A DNA stretch of 64,000 nt, taken from positions 129,156-193,155 of the forward strand of contig DATKIP010000093.1 of the NCBI GenBank assembly GCA_035544015.1. The letters run 5' to 3'. The DNA is from Candidatus Saccharimonadia bacterium. GTDB lineage: Bacteria; Patescibacteriota; Saccharimonadia; UBA4664. This document shows positions 52,745-62,637 of the stretch, in pieces. Below the pieces are notes generated by a model that had not been told where the DNA came from, ran no database searches, and saw only the letters and a program-made list of their open reading frames with translations. Each line of letters opens with the position of its first letter. Position 1 is the first letter of the stretch. The translations under genes and the position numbers were made by a program.

Positions 52745-53617
52745 ATGATCATGGATATGCTTTGGATTCTTCTCCTTTCGATCCACCTCATCGGGATCGT
52801 TGGCTACGCGCTCTATTTGCGCAAAAGCGCCCTCAGCTCCATCGACAAGACCCTGCTCGCCGCTCTCATGCAAACGGCGGTGTTTCTGCCCTCCCTCGCG
52901 CTGGCCGCTTACAGCGGGGTTAATCTTCACCTGCAGGCGTGGCAATGGGGCTCGCTGCTGCTCAACGGATTGTTTATCGTAGGCATTCAGTTTTTCGGCA
53001 TTATGGCCCTCAAGTATCTCGAAGCCTCGGTGTTTACGATCATTTTCAGCCTGCGGCTCTTATTTACCACCATCCTCGGTCTAATTTTTCTGGGCGAACT
53101 GCCCACCCAGATACAACTCCTCGGCGGCTTCATCATCTTCGCCAGCATTATCGCCCTCAATCTTCATCGCGAGCGCCGCTACGCCAGCCGCCCGATCGTG
53201 TATGGCGTACTCATCACGTTATTTTTCTCACTCCACGCTACGCTCGAGAAGTTCAATATCGTCAACGTCGGCTTCATGCCCTACATCGTCATCTCCGGCG
53301 GGATCGCTACCGCCATTCTGTGGATTATCGTCTACCGCCGACGCATCCGCCTTCCGCACGTCGTCGCCGCGCTCGACGGCCACACGCTGCAATTGCTCGT
53401 GTTGCGCACCATGTCGGCCTGGGGCTACCTGCTCGCGCTCAAATACGGCTCCTTGGCCGTCACCAATTACGTTTCTGGTATGAGTGTGCCCCTCACGGTG
53501 CTGTTTGGCATTTTCATCCTGCGCGAACGCACCCAACTACGCGAAAAAATCACCGCTACGCTCATTGCCCTCGCCGGACTCACCCTGATTTTGCTCGGCC
53601 GCCTCACTGGCCATTGA
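52745..53617 (+). CDS. EamA/DMT-family transporter
   Basis: 10 TM helices, duplicated EamA halves. Confidence 0.65.
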   Translation: MIMDMLWILLLSIHLIGIVGYALYLRKSALSSIDKTLLAALMQTAVFLPSLALAAYSGVNLHLQAWQWGSLLLNGLFIVGIQFFGIMALKYLEASVFTIIFSLRLLFTTILGLIFLGELPTQIQLLGGFIIFASIIALNLHRERRYASRPIVYGVLITLFFSLHATLEKFNIVNVGFMPYIVISGGIATAILWIIVYRRRIRLPHVVAALDGHTLQLLVLRTMSAWGYLLALKYGSLAVTNYVSGMSVPLTVLFGIFILRERTQLREKITATLIALAGLTLILLGRLTGH

Positions 53618-53666
53618 GCTTAGGCTCAAATCGTGCTACGCTAAGCATCGCTTTTTAAGGAAAAAC

Positions 53667-54545
53667 ATGCTCTACGCCGCCCTGATCGGGCACCCCGTCA
53701 ACCACAGTGCTTCGCCGGTCCTCTACGGCGAACTCGCTCGCATGGCCGGCCTCGGACCAAACGATTTTGCCTATCTCAAAATTGATGTCACGGCCCAAAA
53801 CCTCTCCCGCGCCTTCGACCAGCTGGAGCAGCTCGGCTTCATCGGCGGCAACATCACCCTGCCCTACAAAATCGACGCCATGAAGCTAGTGAAGCCCGAC
53901 GAGGCCGCCCAGTTCATCGGCGCCGTCAACACCTACGTGCTGCAGGATGGCCGCCGGCTCGGCTTCAACACCGACTGGCAAGGCGCGTACGGCGCCCTCA
54001 AGCGAGCCGGCGTCACCCCGGGCGGCACCTTCGTGGTACTCGGCACCGGCGGAGCCGCGCGCGCCGTTATCTACGCCGCCAAACAGCTCGGCTTCACCGA
54101 CATCCGCGCCTTCTACGAAGAACCCACCGACGCCAAAACCCAAGATCTCCAGACCCGCGCAGCCGAGCTCGGCATCACGCTCCACCCCTACGACCACCAC
54201 CTCGAATCCGCTCTCGCTACCGCCGCCGTCATCTACAACGCCACCTCCACCGGCATGACCGGCCAAGCCCCGGCCCCATTCGACCTCAACCGTCTCAGCA
54301 GCCTATCACTCAACCACGCCATCGCCGCCGACGCCGTCTTCGAGCCCGTGCAAACCCCGTTTCTCCAGGCCACCAAACAGGCCGGCGCCCGCACCGTCGA
54401 CGGCATCTGGTGGACCCTCTACCAGGGCCACCCGTCGTTCAACCTCTGGACCAACCTCGGCACCGAGCCCACACCAGAGCAACTCGAGCACCTCCACGAC
54501 GTCATGGCCCAGGTCCTGAGCAGCCCCACACCCGCCCGCGCGTGA
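53667..54545 (+). CDS. aroE: shikimate dehydrogenase
   Basis: GHPVNHSASP, NITLPYK, GAVNT, NTDW, VVLGTGGAARAV. Confidence 0.88.
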   Translation: MLYAALIGHPVNHSASPVLYGELARMAGLGPNDFAYLKIDVTAQNLSRAFDQLEQLGFIGGNITLPYKIDAMKLVKPDEAAQFIGAVNTYVLQDGRRLGFNTDWQGAYGALKRAGVTPGGTFVVLGTGGAARAVIYAAKQLGFTDIRAFYEEPTDAKTQDLQTRAAELGITLHPYDHHLESALATAAVIYNATSTGMTGQAPAPFDLNRLSSLSLNHAIAADAVFEPVQTPFLQATKQAGARTVDGIWWTLYQGHPSFNLWTNLGTEPTPEQLEHLHDVMAQVLSSPTPARA

Positions 54546-54594
54546 CGAAAACCCGCATTTTCAGTACAATATACCAGTTATCCAAACGCACCAT

Positions 54595-54670
54595 AGGGGT
54601 GTAGCTCAGTTGGTAGAGCAACGGTCTCCAAAACCGTGTGTCGTGGGTTCGAGCCCTGCCACCCCTGCCA
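54595..54670 (+). tRNA. tRNA-Trp (anticodon CCA)
   Basis: acceptor AGGGGTG/CACCCCT, anticodon loop CUCCAAA, GGTTCGAGCCC T-loop. Confidence 0.8.
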
Positions 54671-54806
54671 AGTCTTATTTGTATCTGTTAATCGCGCTTT
54701 ATGGCTCGATTTTCTGTTTCTGATAGGGTCTCCTTATCTGTTAGAAGGTTCGAATCCTGGCACTGGGTCAGACAGAACGGATCGAATTTTGGTATTATTA
54801 GCGAAT

Positions 54807-55706
54807 ATGAAAGCCCAAAAAGCATCTCGTGCACCAATCGGCGCGAGCCTGATAGTACTGTCGTCGGTTTTTTATGCCACTTATGGCGTCTGGACAACAC
54901 TTATGGGCGACTTTTTTGGTAGCTTTACGGCTAGCGCTCTACGCTGCGTATCGGTATTAGGTGGTTTAATCGTTGTCGCCATGGTGCGCCGAGAACTGCA
55001 AAAAATTAACTGGCGCCGTGACCGTAAATGGCTAACGACGATGGTTGTTTCATCGATTTTCGTGTCTGCGCCTCTGTATTATGCAGTCTTAAACGCCGGC
55101 ATCGGCATAAGTCTTGCGATTGCTTATATCGGAATCGTCATCGGCATGTTTATATTCGGCTGGCTGTTTGAAAACGAGCGGTTTACTAAGGAAAAACTAG
55201 TAGCAACGATGCTGGGTATACTTGGCCTTGTGCTGGTGTTTTCCCCGAGTATTAAACTGGGCGGCTGGCTTGCGCTTGCCGGCGCACTAGTGGCTGGGCT
55301 AGCGACTGCAGCCAACATGGCGACGACTAAGAAAGTGCCCTATAACGGGTCGCAATCTGCCATATTAGTGTGGGGTTCTGGCGTAATCGCGAATGTGCCG
55401 ATGGCTTTCTTGCTCAGTGAGCCGCTGCCGTCAGTTGGCTGGCACGCACAATGGGGCTACTTATTGTTATTTGCTGTCGCATCTTTGGTTGCTTCATGGA
55501 CATTTATTAAGGGACTGAAGCTCATTGAGGCAGGAGCAGCAGGAATTTTGGGTTTATTAGAAGTTGTGTTTGGTGTGTTATTCGGTGTCATTTTCTTCCA
55601 CGAACGACCTAGTCTAGTAGTTCTGATTGGAATTACTAGTATTGTTGCAGCCGCAGCTATACCGTACTTGCAGCACTACAATGCCCAAAAAGGCACACTG
55701 GATTAA
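54807..55706 (+). CDS. EamA/DMT-family transporter (lower-GC gene next to tRNA-Trp)
   Basis: 10 TM; start at ATG 54807. Confidence 0.65.
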   Translation: MKAQKASRAPIGASLIVLSSVFYATYGVWTTLMGDFFGSFTASALRCVSVLGGLIVVAMVRRELQKINWRRDRKWLTTMVVSSIFVSAPLYYAVLNAGIGISLAIAYIGIVIGMFIFGWLFENERFTKEKLVATMLGILGLVLVFSPSIKLGGWLALAGALVAGLATAANMATTKKVPYNGSQSAILVWGSGVIANVPMAFLLSEPLPSVGWHAQWGYLLLFAVASLVASWTFIKGLKLIEAGAAGILGLLEVVFGVLFGVIFFHERPSLVVLIGITSIVAAAAIPYLQHYNAQKGTLD

Positions 55707-55829
55707 TCCGAATCCTGGTCTAGAATGTTGCGAATTTCTTCAACATCATCCCAAAAAGTTCGATTCATCATGAGCGCGTTTTTGTTCCAGACCCCCCGGG
55801 CGCAACGTGCGCCAAGGGGGTCTGGAATG

Positions 55830-56630
55830 CTACCGCCACACCCTAATGCGAAAAATCACCTGGTGGGTGTCGGGGTTAACACCCTCGACCCGATACCAAG
55901 CGATGTGGCCGTCCGACGTAAAGAAGCAGAACTGCTCGCCTTGGACCCGGCTCCCCGACGTCAGCGGATTGACAGTTTCGCGCACTTTGGCGCACAACTC
56001 TTGAACCGCTGCCTCCGGCTCAGTCGGCCCGTCAACGGGGTAGACCTTCTCATCAGCGATCGACTGAACCACAGCGCGATCGCGGGGCAAAAATAGGTCG
56101 GTCTCGTTCTGGATGAGGTCCGAAGTGACAACCTGGCCAGTATCGAGGTCGACCGTCTTGCCCGGCAGAATGCTGACCTGGCTATCTAGAATCATCCCAG
56201 CCGGAGGCGAGGGAGTGGGCGCCGAAACCGAAGCAGACACGATTGGCGAGCTGGTGGTCGGACGGGAGTGGTCTGAGGTCGTGTTCGACGCGCCATTTGA
56301 CCAAGACACCCCGATCCACGCCAAGACCAGACCGCCTAGCAGCGCCAAAAGCCACAGCAGTCCTCGCCAGTGAAGCCGCCATAGGCGCGCCACCTCGAAC
56401 GTACTGTAGATCACGATTCCAGCAGCCATAGTCAGGAGCATTGCACGCAGACCGTTCGTAAAAAGAGCCACGATGCCAGCGATAGCGCTTAGGCCGCCGA
56501 TAATGGTGAAGGCTCGCTGACGGGGGCTGGGGGGAGTTGTCACCTGGCACTCCTTGTCCTGGGGTTGGATATGATCACGCTCAATGGTAGCAGTTGAGGC
56601 GAGATGGGGGAAGTGTCTGCTAAGGCCCAA
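55830..56630 (-). CDS. membrane-anchored hypothetical protein (start uncertain)
   Basis: N-terminal TM helices, Ser/Pro/Thr linker, C-terminal globular domain. Confidence 0.4.
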   Translation of the reverse strand: MGLSRHFPHLASTATIERDHIQPQDKECQVTTPPSPRQRAFTIIGGLSAIAGIVALFTNGLRAMLLTMAAGIVIYSTFEVARLWRLHWRGLLWLLALLGGLVLAWIGVSWSNGASNTTSDHSRPTTSSPIVSASVSAPTPSPPAGMILDSQVSILPGKTVDLDTGQVVTSDLIQNETDLFLPRDRAVVQSIADEKVYPVDGPTEPEAAVQELCAKVRETVNPLTSGSRVQGEQFCFFTSDGHIAWYRVEGVNPDTHQVIFRIRVWR

Positions 56631-56642
56631 TCAGGCCTACCA

Positions 56643-57242
56643 TCACCAATTTAACCCGCCAATATACACATTGCTTGATTTGACCGATGTCGCACCAGCC
56701 ACGACAGTCGCATATGCCATATGGGGAGCCTCACTAGGTGCATAGCTACACGCAAAATCCTGCGCTTCATCGGCGGCCACAGTGAGGGTTTGCGAACAGA
56801 GAGTAGCGCCGGTCTCCTGTCTCGTCACCATCATCGTCACGCTCGCGCTGGCGCTAACGGTTACGGGAAGGGTGAAGGTAATAGTGGGCGGAGTAAAGGG
56901 GTCGAATGTGAGGGTTCCGAGTGTCAGGTCTATGGCAGCGGGAGCCGGCGAAGACGGGGGAGGCGTCGCGGCGGCCACGACACGAGACTCACTACGCAGG
57001 ATGGGCGTGGACAGCAAACCAGTGGTTCGGGTCGGTGTAGGAGTCGAAGTAGGCACCGGCTGCGGTGTGCCTGCCAGCTTATTGGTAAGAGGAGTGGGTT
57101 CTGACTGAGCGTTTTGAGCAGGTCGGTCGGTAGCTGCCCCCTGAACCTGAGCCACAGTACGTCCGGCGGTCTTCGTATGCAGAATAGCGGCAACAACACC
57201 CGTGCCGATAGCCGTAGTCACCAACACCCCCAGCAGGACCAC
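56643..57242 (-). CDS. Pro/Thr-rich membrane-anchored secreted protein
   Basis: N-terminal TM, PT-rich linker. Confidence 0.4.
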   Translation of the reverse strand: MVLLGVLVTTAIGTGVVAAILHTKTAGRTVAQVQGAATDRPAQNAQSEPTPLTNKLAGTPQPVPTSTPTPTRTTGLLSTPILRSESRVVAAATPPPSSPAPAAIDLTLGTLTFDPFTPPTITFTLPVTVSASASVTMMVTRQETGATLCSQTLTVAADEAQDFACSYAPSEAPHMAYATVVAGATSVKSSNVYIGGLNW

Positions 57243-57406
57243 GAGTTCTCACCTATCTAGCCCGATTATCGCGCAGTTCCCAGGCTTTTGTCGAGTCGCT
57301 GCCAAAATTTCCCCTCACCTGACGGCGGAAGGACCATTTCATGGCTTTACAGCGGCCAAATGAGTGCTCATACTAGTGTCATACATCGAGAAATTCGGAC
57401 ACCAGC

Positions 57407-58639
57407 ATGCCCTCGATACCACACCCTACCCACCCGCGCCAAGCCGACGTCGTCATCATCGGTGGCGGTTCAACCGGCGCTAGCATTGCCCGCGATGCCG
57501 CCCTGCGCGGACTACGCGCCATACTCATCGAAAAAACCGGGCTCGGTGCCGGCACCACCGGCCGTTTTCACGGCATGCTCCATAGCGGGGCACGGTATGT
57601 CGTGAACGACCCCGCCACTGCCAAAGAATGCTTTACCGAAAATCAAATCCTCCGCCGAATCGCCGCACCGGCCATTCACGACACCGGCGGGCTCTTCCTG
57701 GCGCTCGACGACGACGAAGCCGGCCACGGCGACATCCTCACCCAAGCCTGCAATCAGCAAGGAATCCCCATTCGCGATATTTCGCTACCCGAAGCCACCA
57801 AACGCGAACCCCACATCACGCGGAAGCTCAAGCGCGCCCTGGCCGTACCCGATGGTTTCATCGACTCCAAAGTATTACTGCAGCTTCTGCGCCAATCTGC
57901 CGAATCCGCCGACACCCCGGCCACGTTTCTCACGCACCACGAAGTAACCGCTCTTGGCCGGGCCAACCACCGCCTCGAGACCGTTACCGTCCGCGACACC
58001 CAATCCGGTCGGCAATTTGCGATCGAATGCGGCTTCGTCATCAACGCTGCCGGAGTCTGGGCCGGCCGAGTCGGAGCACTCGCCGGCGTCACCATCGACC
58101 TCGTGCTCGACAAAGGCACCATGGTCGTCCTCCAAGATCAGCTCAACAGGGCGGTGCTTAATCGGTGCCGACCCGAAGCCGACGGCGACCTGCTCGTATC
58201 CACCGGTACGCATAGCATCATGGGGACCACCTCCTTGATCGCGCCCGAACCGAGCGTAATCGACAACCCTCAGCCCACCACGGCCGAGATCGAGCTCCTC
58301 ATTCGCGAGGGCGCCCGCCTAGTGCCACGCCTGGCCACCTCACCAATCATCTCCGCCTACTCGGGAGTGCGTCCGCTCTTTAAGACCGCGCAGCCGACCT
58401 CCAAAAGCCAGAGCTCGCGGAACATTCGGCGTAGCTTTACCGTCATCGACCACCAAGCCGCCGGCATCGAAAACTTCATCAGCGTGGTCGGCGGCAAGGT
58501 CACCACCTCGCGGCGCATGGCCGAGGCCGCTATCGACCTACTCTGCGCCAAACAAACCATTACCGCCTCCTGCCAAACCGCCCAAGTACCACTAGCCGGC
58601 CACCCCGTCCCCGCCGAGACCGAGCAATCCCTGTTATAA
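57407..58639 (+). CDS. FAD-dependent oxidoreductase (glycerol-3-phosphate dehydrogenase GlpA/GlpD-like)
   Basis: DVVIIGGGSTGASIARDAALRGL..LIEK...GTTGRFHGMLHSGARY. Confidence 0.65.
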   Translation: MPSIPHPTHPRQADVVIIGGGSTGASIARDAALRGLRAILIEKTGLGAGTTGRFHGMLHSGARYVVNDPATAKECFTENQILRRIAAPAIHDTGGLFLALDDDEAGHGDILTQACNQQGIPIRDISLPEATKREPHITRKLKRALAVPDGFIDSKVLLQLLRQSAESADTPATFLTHHEVTALGRANHRLETVTVRDTQSGRQFAIECGFVINAAGVWAGRVGALAGVTIDLVLDKGTMVVLQDQLNRAVLNRCRPEADGDLLVSTGTHSIMGTTSLIAPEPSVIDNPQPTTAEIELLIREGARLVPRLATSPIISAYSGVRPLFKTAQPTSKSQSSRNIRRSFTVIDHQAAGIENFISVVGGKVTTSRRMAEAAIDLLCAKQTITASCQTAQVPLAGHPVPAETEQSLL

Positions 58640-58646
58640 TACCGGC

Positions 58647-59189
58647 ATGAAAATTCTGACTTTTGACGTCGAGAGCAACGGGCTGCACGGGGAAGCGTTC
58701 GCGGTTGCCGGGGTGCTGATGGATTCCGGCCGCGCTATCTTAAGCCAATTCACGAGCCGCTGCCCCATCATCGGTCCCGTTGACCCGTGGGTATCCGAAA
58801 ACGTTCTCGGCCCCATGCAGGGCATGGCCGATACTGCCGCCGACGGCCTCACGATGCGCAACGCCTTTTGGGACTGGTACCACGAAGTCAAAGCCCAGGC
58901 CGACCTCATCGTCGCCGCCAATCCCTACCCAGTAGAAGCCCGTTTTCTCATTGCCTGCCAGGAAGACGATATGCCCGCTCGCGAATTTGACCACCCCTTC
59001 CCGTATTTCGACCTTTCCTCAATGCTCTATACGCTCGGCATCACCACCGCGCCCGATCGCCGCGCCTACTCCGCCGAGGCTAGCAAATCCGATTCCGGAC
59101 AGCCCCACAACCCGCTCTGGGACGCCAAATCCACCGCCATGACCGCTCTCGCAGCCATTGAGCAAGCTGCCGCCAAATTGCCAGCGTAG
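58647..59189 (+). CDS. DEDDh-type 3'-5' exonuclease domain protein
   Basis: Exo I ILTFDVESNGL, Exo III HNPLWDAKSTA. Confidence 0.65.
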   Translation: MKILTFDVESNGLHGEAFAVAGVLMDSGRAILSQFTSRCPIIGPVDPWVSENVLGPMQGMADTAADGLTMRNAFWDWYHEVKAQADLIVAANPYPVEARFLIACQEDDMPAREFDHPFPYFDLSSMLYTLGITTAPDRRAYSAEASKSDSGQPHNPLWDAKSTAMTALAAIEQAAAKLPA

Positions 59190-59206
59190 CGTATACTAAA
59201 AGCACC

Positions 59207-59932
59207 ATGAGCCAACCACCGTCCCAGGCCAAACGCGCCAACAGCCGCGTGATGCAGCAAGCCAAAAGCGGCACGGCCCGAGCCGCGCTGCTGGGCGCCA
59301 GCGATGGTCTCGTCACCAACATCTCGCTGATCCTCGGTGTGGCCGGCGCCGGAGCCGGACCGCAGGTGATCCAGGTGGCCGGCTTCGCCAGCCTCATTGC
59401 CGGCGCGCTCTCCATGGCAGTAGGGGAGTACATCTCCATGCGCGGCCAAGTCGAACTGCTCTCGGGCATCCTCAAGCTCGAGCGCGAGCAACTACACAGC
59501 AACCCAGACGAGGTTCACACAGCGCTCCACGAAATCCTGGAGGCCGACGGCGTAGCCGCCAAGACCGCACACCGCGCCAGCCTAGAGGTGGCCGCCGATC
59601 CCGAAAAAGCCATGGCCATGTACGCCCGCGGCAAGCTCGGCATCAACCCCGAGGAGCTCGGCTCCGTCTGGGGCTCGGCCGGCAGTTCGCTCGTCATGTT
59701 CTCGATCGGCGCCTTCGTGCCACTCCTGCCGTGGCTCCTCACGAGCGGCCCGACCGCCATCTGGCTATCCATCGGCCTATCCGCCATCGGCGCGCTAGCC
59801 ATCGGCTCGTACCTCGCCTACACCGCCGGCAGCCGCATGCTTCACTCCGCACTACGCCAGCTCCTCGTGCTCATTATTGCCGCCAGCGCCACCTATCTCA
59901 TCGGCCGGCTCTTTGGCACCCAAATCTCGTAA
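59207..59932 (+). CDS. VIT1/CCC1-family (iron/manganese) transporter
   Basis: LGASDGLVTNISLILGVAGAG; 5 TM. Confidence 0.7.
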   Translation: MSQPPSQAKRANSRVMQQAKSGTARAALLGASDGLVTNISLILGVAGAGAGPQVIQVAGFASLIAGALSMAVGEYISMRGQVELLSGILKLEREQLHSNPDEVHTALHEILEADGVAAKTAHRASLEVAADPEKAMAMYARGKLGINPEELGSVWGSAGSSLVMFSIGAFVPLLPWLLTSGPTAIWLSIGLSAIGALAIGSYLAYTAGSRMLHSALRQLLVLIIAASATYLIGRLFGTQIS

Positions 59933-59935
59933 ATC

Positions 59936-60412
59936 ATGAAGTTCGCCTCCGCCACCCCACCAACGCCACTCAAAACCGCCATCCTGCGACGACTCAGCTA
60001 CGCGCTAGCCATCTTCACGGCCATACTGGCCGCCACTCAAATCGCAAGCTGGTCCGATTTCGCCAGTATTTTCCAAACCTACCAGCTCGCCAGCGCCCCC
60101 GCTTCGGCCATACTAGCCGGCAGCGTTATCGGGCTCGAATTACTCTCGCTACCGTTTTTGTGCCGGTTGCCTCTTAGCCGCGGCCTGCGCCGGGCCAGTG
60201 CATCCGCCTTCGTGAGCCTGCCGTACCTCTGGACATATCTCGCCACCTCGGCCATCTTCCGAGACCTTGCCGTATCCAATTACGGCCTCTTCGGCACCCT
60301 CATCCCCATCGGCACCTGGCAGCTAGCGCTCGCTATCGAACTCCTATGGATGACGCTTGTAGGCCTCACCTTTGGCGCATTTGGCGGACGCAAGGCCCTA
60401 AAACTGAAGTAG
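59936..60412 (+). CDS. hypothetical membrane protein (158 aa)
   Basis: 4 TM helices. Confidence 0.4.
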   Translation: MKFASATPPTPLKTAILRRLSYALAIFTAILAATQIASWSDFASIFQTYQLASAPASAILAGSVIGLELLSLPFLCRLPLSRGLRRASASAFVSLPYLWTYLATSAIFRDLAVSNYGLFGTLIPIGTWQLALAIELLWMTLVGLTFGAFGGRKALKLK

Positions 60413-60416
60413 ATTC

Positions 60417-60445
60417 TTGCAAAAATCATATATTTATGCTATTAT
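60417..60445 (+). promoter_or_regulatory. sigma70-like promoter (TTGCAA-17-TATTAT)
   Basis: AT-rich island upstream of 60542 ORF. Confidence 0.5.
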
Positions 60446-60541
60446 ATAAAATCGTCATGCACAACCGCGCGCGACGTCATCGCACCAACACATCCCAAGC
60501 ACCCACCTACGCGGCCACCCGGCCAAGACAGGGAGAGCACC

Positions 60542-60862
60542 ATGACCGAGACCACTGCCATCAAGGCCGTGACGCCGACCGCCAGCAAGTTCTCCGGCAT
60601 GCAGCCCGGATGGATCTGCTACGCGATCAGCCTCATCGGCTTCGGCAGCGCAGTCATTGCTGCGTTCGCCCTGCTCCTCAACCTGAACCTCCCGAATCCG
60701 AGCGAGCCGGTCAATGTGGCAAAGTTCGGAGCCTGGATCGCCCTCCTCCTGGGCGTCGGCTTCTTCTCCGGCGTCTGTTCGCTCCGCCTGATGATCGAGA
60801 AGGTCATCCAGAACCAGGCCGCGAGCCGCCACCCGGCGACGCCGCCCACCCCAGAGGCCTAG
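60542..60862 (+). CDS. small membrane protein (106 aa)
   Basis: SD GGGAGAG; 2 TM. Confidence 0.4.
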   Translation: MTETTAIKAVTPTASKFSGMQPGWICYAISLIGFGSAVIAAFALLLNLNLPNPSEPVNVAKFGAWIALLLGVGFFSGVCSLRLMIEKVIQNQAASRHPATPPTPEA

Positions 60863-61006
60863 CCTCCAACCACAAGGCGGCGGGGCCGAGGAGCTCCGCC
60901 GCCCGGGCGACCGGAATAAGGGCTTGGATGTGTTGGTGCTAAGCTCAACGATTGCGTAATCGTTCTGACGAGTTCAAAAGAACGAAAGCTTAAGTCCCAA
61001 GCCGCC

Positions 61007-62320
61007 CTACGGCGCCAACCGCTTCGTATCCCGCGGAAACAGCGAAGCTTCCTTCACATTATGCAGCCCGATCAGCTCCTGCGTCACGCGCTCTAGCCCC
61101 ATGCCAAACCCACCATGCGGCGGCATACCGTACTTAAACGCGCTCACGAAATACTTGAACCCATCACTCTCCGGGTCGCCTTTCGCCATCTCGCGCAGCT
61201 GCTTCACGAGCCGGTCGTACCGATGCTCGCGCATACTGCTCGTCACCACCTCAATGCCCCGAAACAGCAAATCCGCCCGCACCGCAATCTCCGGATGCTC
61301 ATCGTCGGCCAAGTGATAAAACTTCGCGTCGCGCATCGGCCATTCCGTCACAAACACCGCCTCCGAACCGAGCTCCTTGGCCGCATACTCACAAATCCAG
61401 CGCTCCTCCGCCGGGAACAAATCCAGCTCCTCGCGCGTATTCTCACCCGTAGCCTTCGAGTACAAATCGTGAATCTCACGCATGCTCAGCCGCGGCAACT
61501 CCTTGGTGAGTTTCGGCTTCGTAGCGCCCAAAAGCGTCAATTCCTCACCAGCCTCTTTCCAAGCCGAACCCACCATATGGTTAAGCAACTCACTCAGCAT
61601 AGTCAAAAGCTCGTCAAACGTCACAAACCCCACCTCCGCATCGAGCGAAATGTATTCGCTCATGTGCCGCGTGGTCACGCTCGGCTCGGCGCGATACACC
61701 GGCCCCACCTCAAACACCCGCTCCAGCGCCCCCACCATCATCTGCTTATAAAACTGCGGGGACTGCGCCAAAGTCGCCACCTGCCCAAAGTAATCCGTCT
61801 TAAATACCTCCGCGCCGCCCTCAGTCGCCCCGGCCAGCAACTTGGGCGTGTGAATTTCCGTAAACCCGCGCTCGTCGAAGTATTCACGAAACGCCCGGCC
61901 CACCGCCGCCTGCACCCGAAAAATCGCCCGCTCACTAAGATTGCGCAAATTCAGCGCCCGATACTCAAACAGCGTGTCAAAATTCTCGCTCTTGTGATCA
62001 ATTGCCTTATCGATCTCGATCGGTGGCACATCGCTCACCGGCGAAATCACCACAAGCTCCGGGTCATGGATTTCCACCCCACCCGCCGCGCGAGGTTCCG
62101 CCACCACCGTGCCGTGCACCTCGAGCACCGTGCCAGGGTACAGCCCCTCAAGCTTCTTTTGCTCCGCCTCATCCTTCACCACCATCTGCACCACGCCGTC
62201 GCGGTCGCGCAGCACCACAAACACCAGCGCTCCCAGATCACGGCGCTTGTGCAGCCAACCCTTCACCAATACCTTCTTGCCCGCTTCGGTGGCCAATTCA
62301 CCTGTTAATAATCGCTTCAT
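61007..62320 (-). CDS. aspS: aspartyl-tRNA synthetase, archaeal/eukaryotic type (class IIb, ~437 aa)
   Basis: TEGGAEVF flipping loop, QSPQFYKQ, C-terminus FKYGMPPHGGFGMGLERV...FPRDTKRLAP. Confidence 0.85.
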   Translation of the reverse strand: MKRLLTGELATEAGKKVLVKGWLHKRRDLGALVFVVLRDRDGVVQMVVKDEAEQKKLEGLYPGTVLEVHGTVVAEPRAAGGVEIHDPELVVISPVSDVPPIEIDKAIDHKSENFDTLFEYRALNLRNLSERAIFRVQAAVGRAFREYFDERGFTEIHTPKLLAGATEGGAEVFKTDYFGQVATLAQSPQFYKQMMVGALERVFEVGPVYRAEPSVTTRHMSEYISLDAEVGFVTFDELLTMLSELLNHMVGSAWKEAGEELTLLGATKPKLTKELPRLSMREIHDLYSKATGENTREELDLFPAEERWICEYAAKELGSEAVFVTEWPMRDAKFYHLADDEHPEIAVRADLLFRGIEVVTSSMREHRYDRLVKQLREMAKGDPESDGFKYFVSAFKYGMPPHGGFGMGLERVTQELIGLHNVKEASLFPRDTKRLAP

Positions 62321-62340
62321 AAAACTATCTCCTTAGTAAC

Positions 62341-62408
62341 AAAAAATCCCCGCGGTTCCCGAACCAAATCGGAAGCCCGCAAGGACGAAAATTTCGTGGT
62401 GCCACCTT
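62341..62408 (-). promoter_or_regulatory. candidate T-box-like attenuator in aspS leader: T-box-like AAGGUGGCACCACG + terminator hairpin + U6 just upstream of SD
   Basis: RNA UCCUUGCGG..(21)..CCGCGGGGA-UUUUUU ending 6 nt before SD AAGGAG; 12/14 match to T-box consensus AGGGUGGNACCGCG with UGGC. Confidence 0.35.
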
Positions 62409-62637
62409 GCTTTGCCGCTCTCGCGGCCTCATTTTACGGCTATTACGGGCCTTCCCGGGGAGTTCTAATCACCAATTTGGCTTTCTTCTCCCAGCTCGTG
62501 CGGTGTCGACCGCGTCATCGCCTGTATGCCATTCTTAGCACGGCCCGAGACATTTCTCAAGCCCCCCAAACGTCAAACGCCCCGCCGGTCCCGAAAAATC
62601 CAGGACCGGCGGGGCGTATCGCCCCGACAGCGAATCA

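Noticed and set aside
54740-54770. Possible extra tRNA suggested by GGTTCGAATCC T-loop-like sequence
   Set aside because: No acceptor, D-arm or anticodon arm could be built around it, and the flanking stems do not pair. Treated as a fragment at most.
55725-56096. 123-aa plus-strand ORF
   Set aside because: Overlaps the more protein-like minus-strand membrane ORF 55830-56630. It has no SD and no features.
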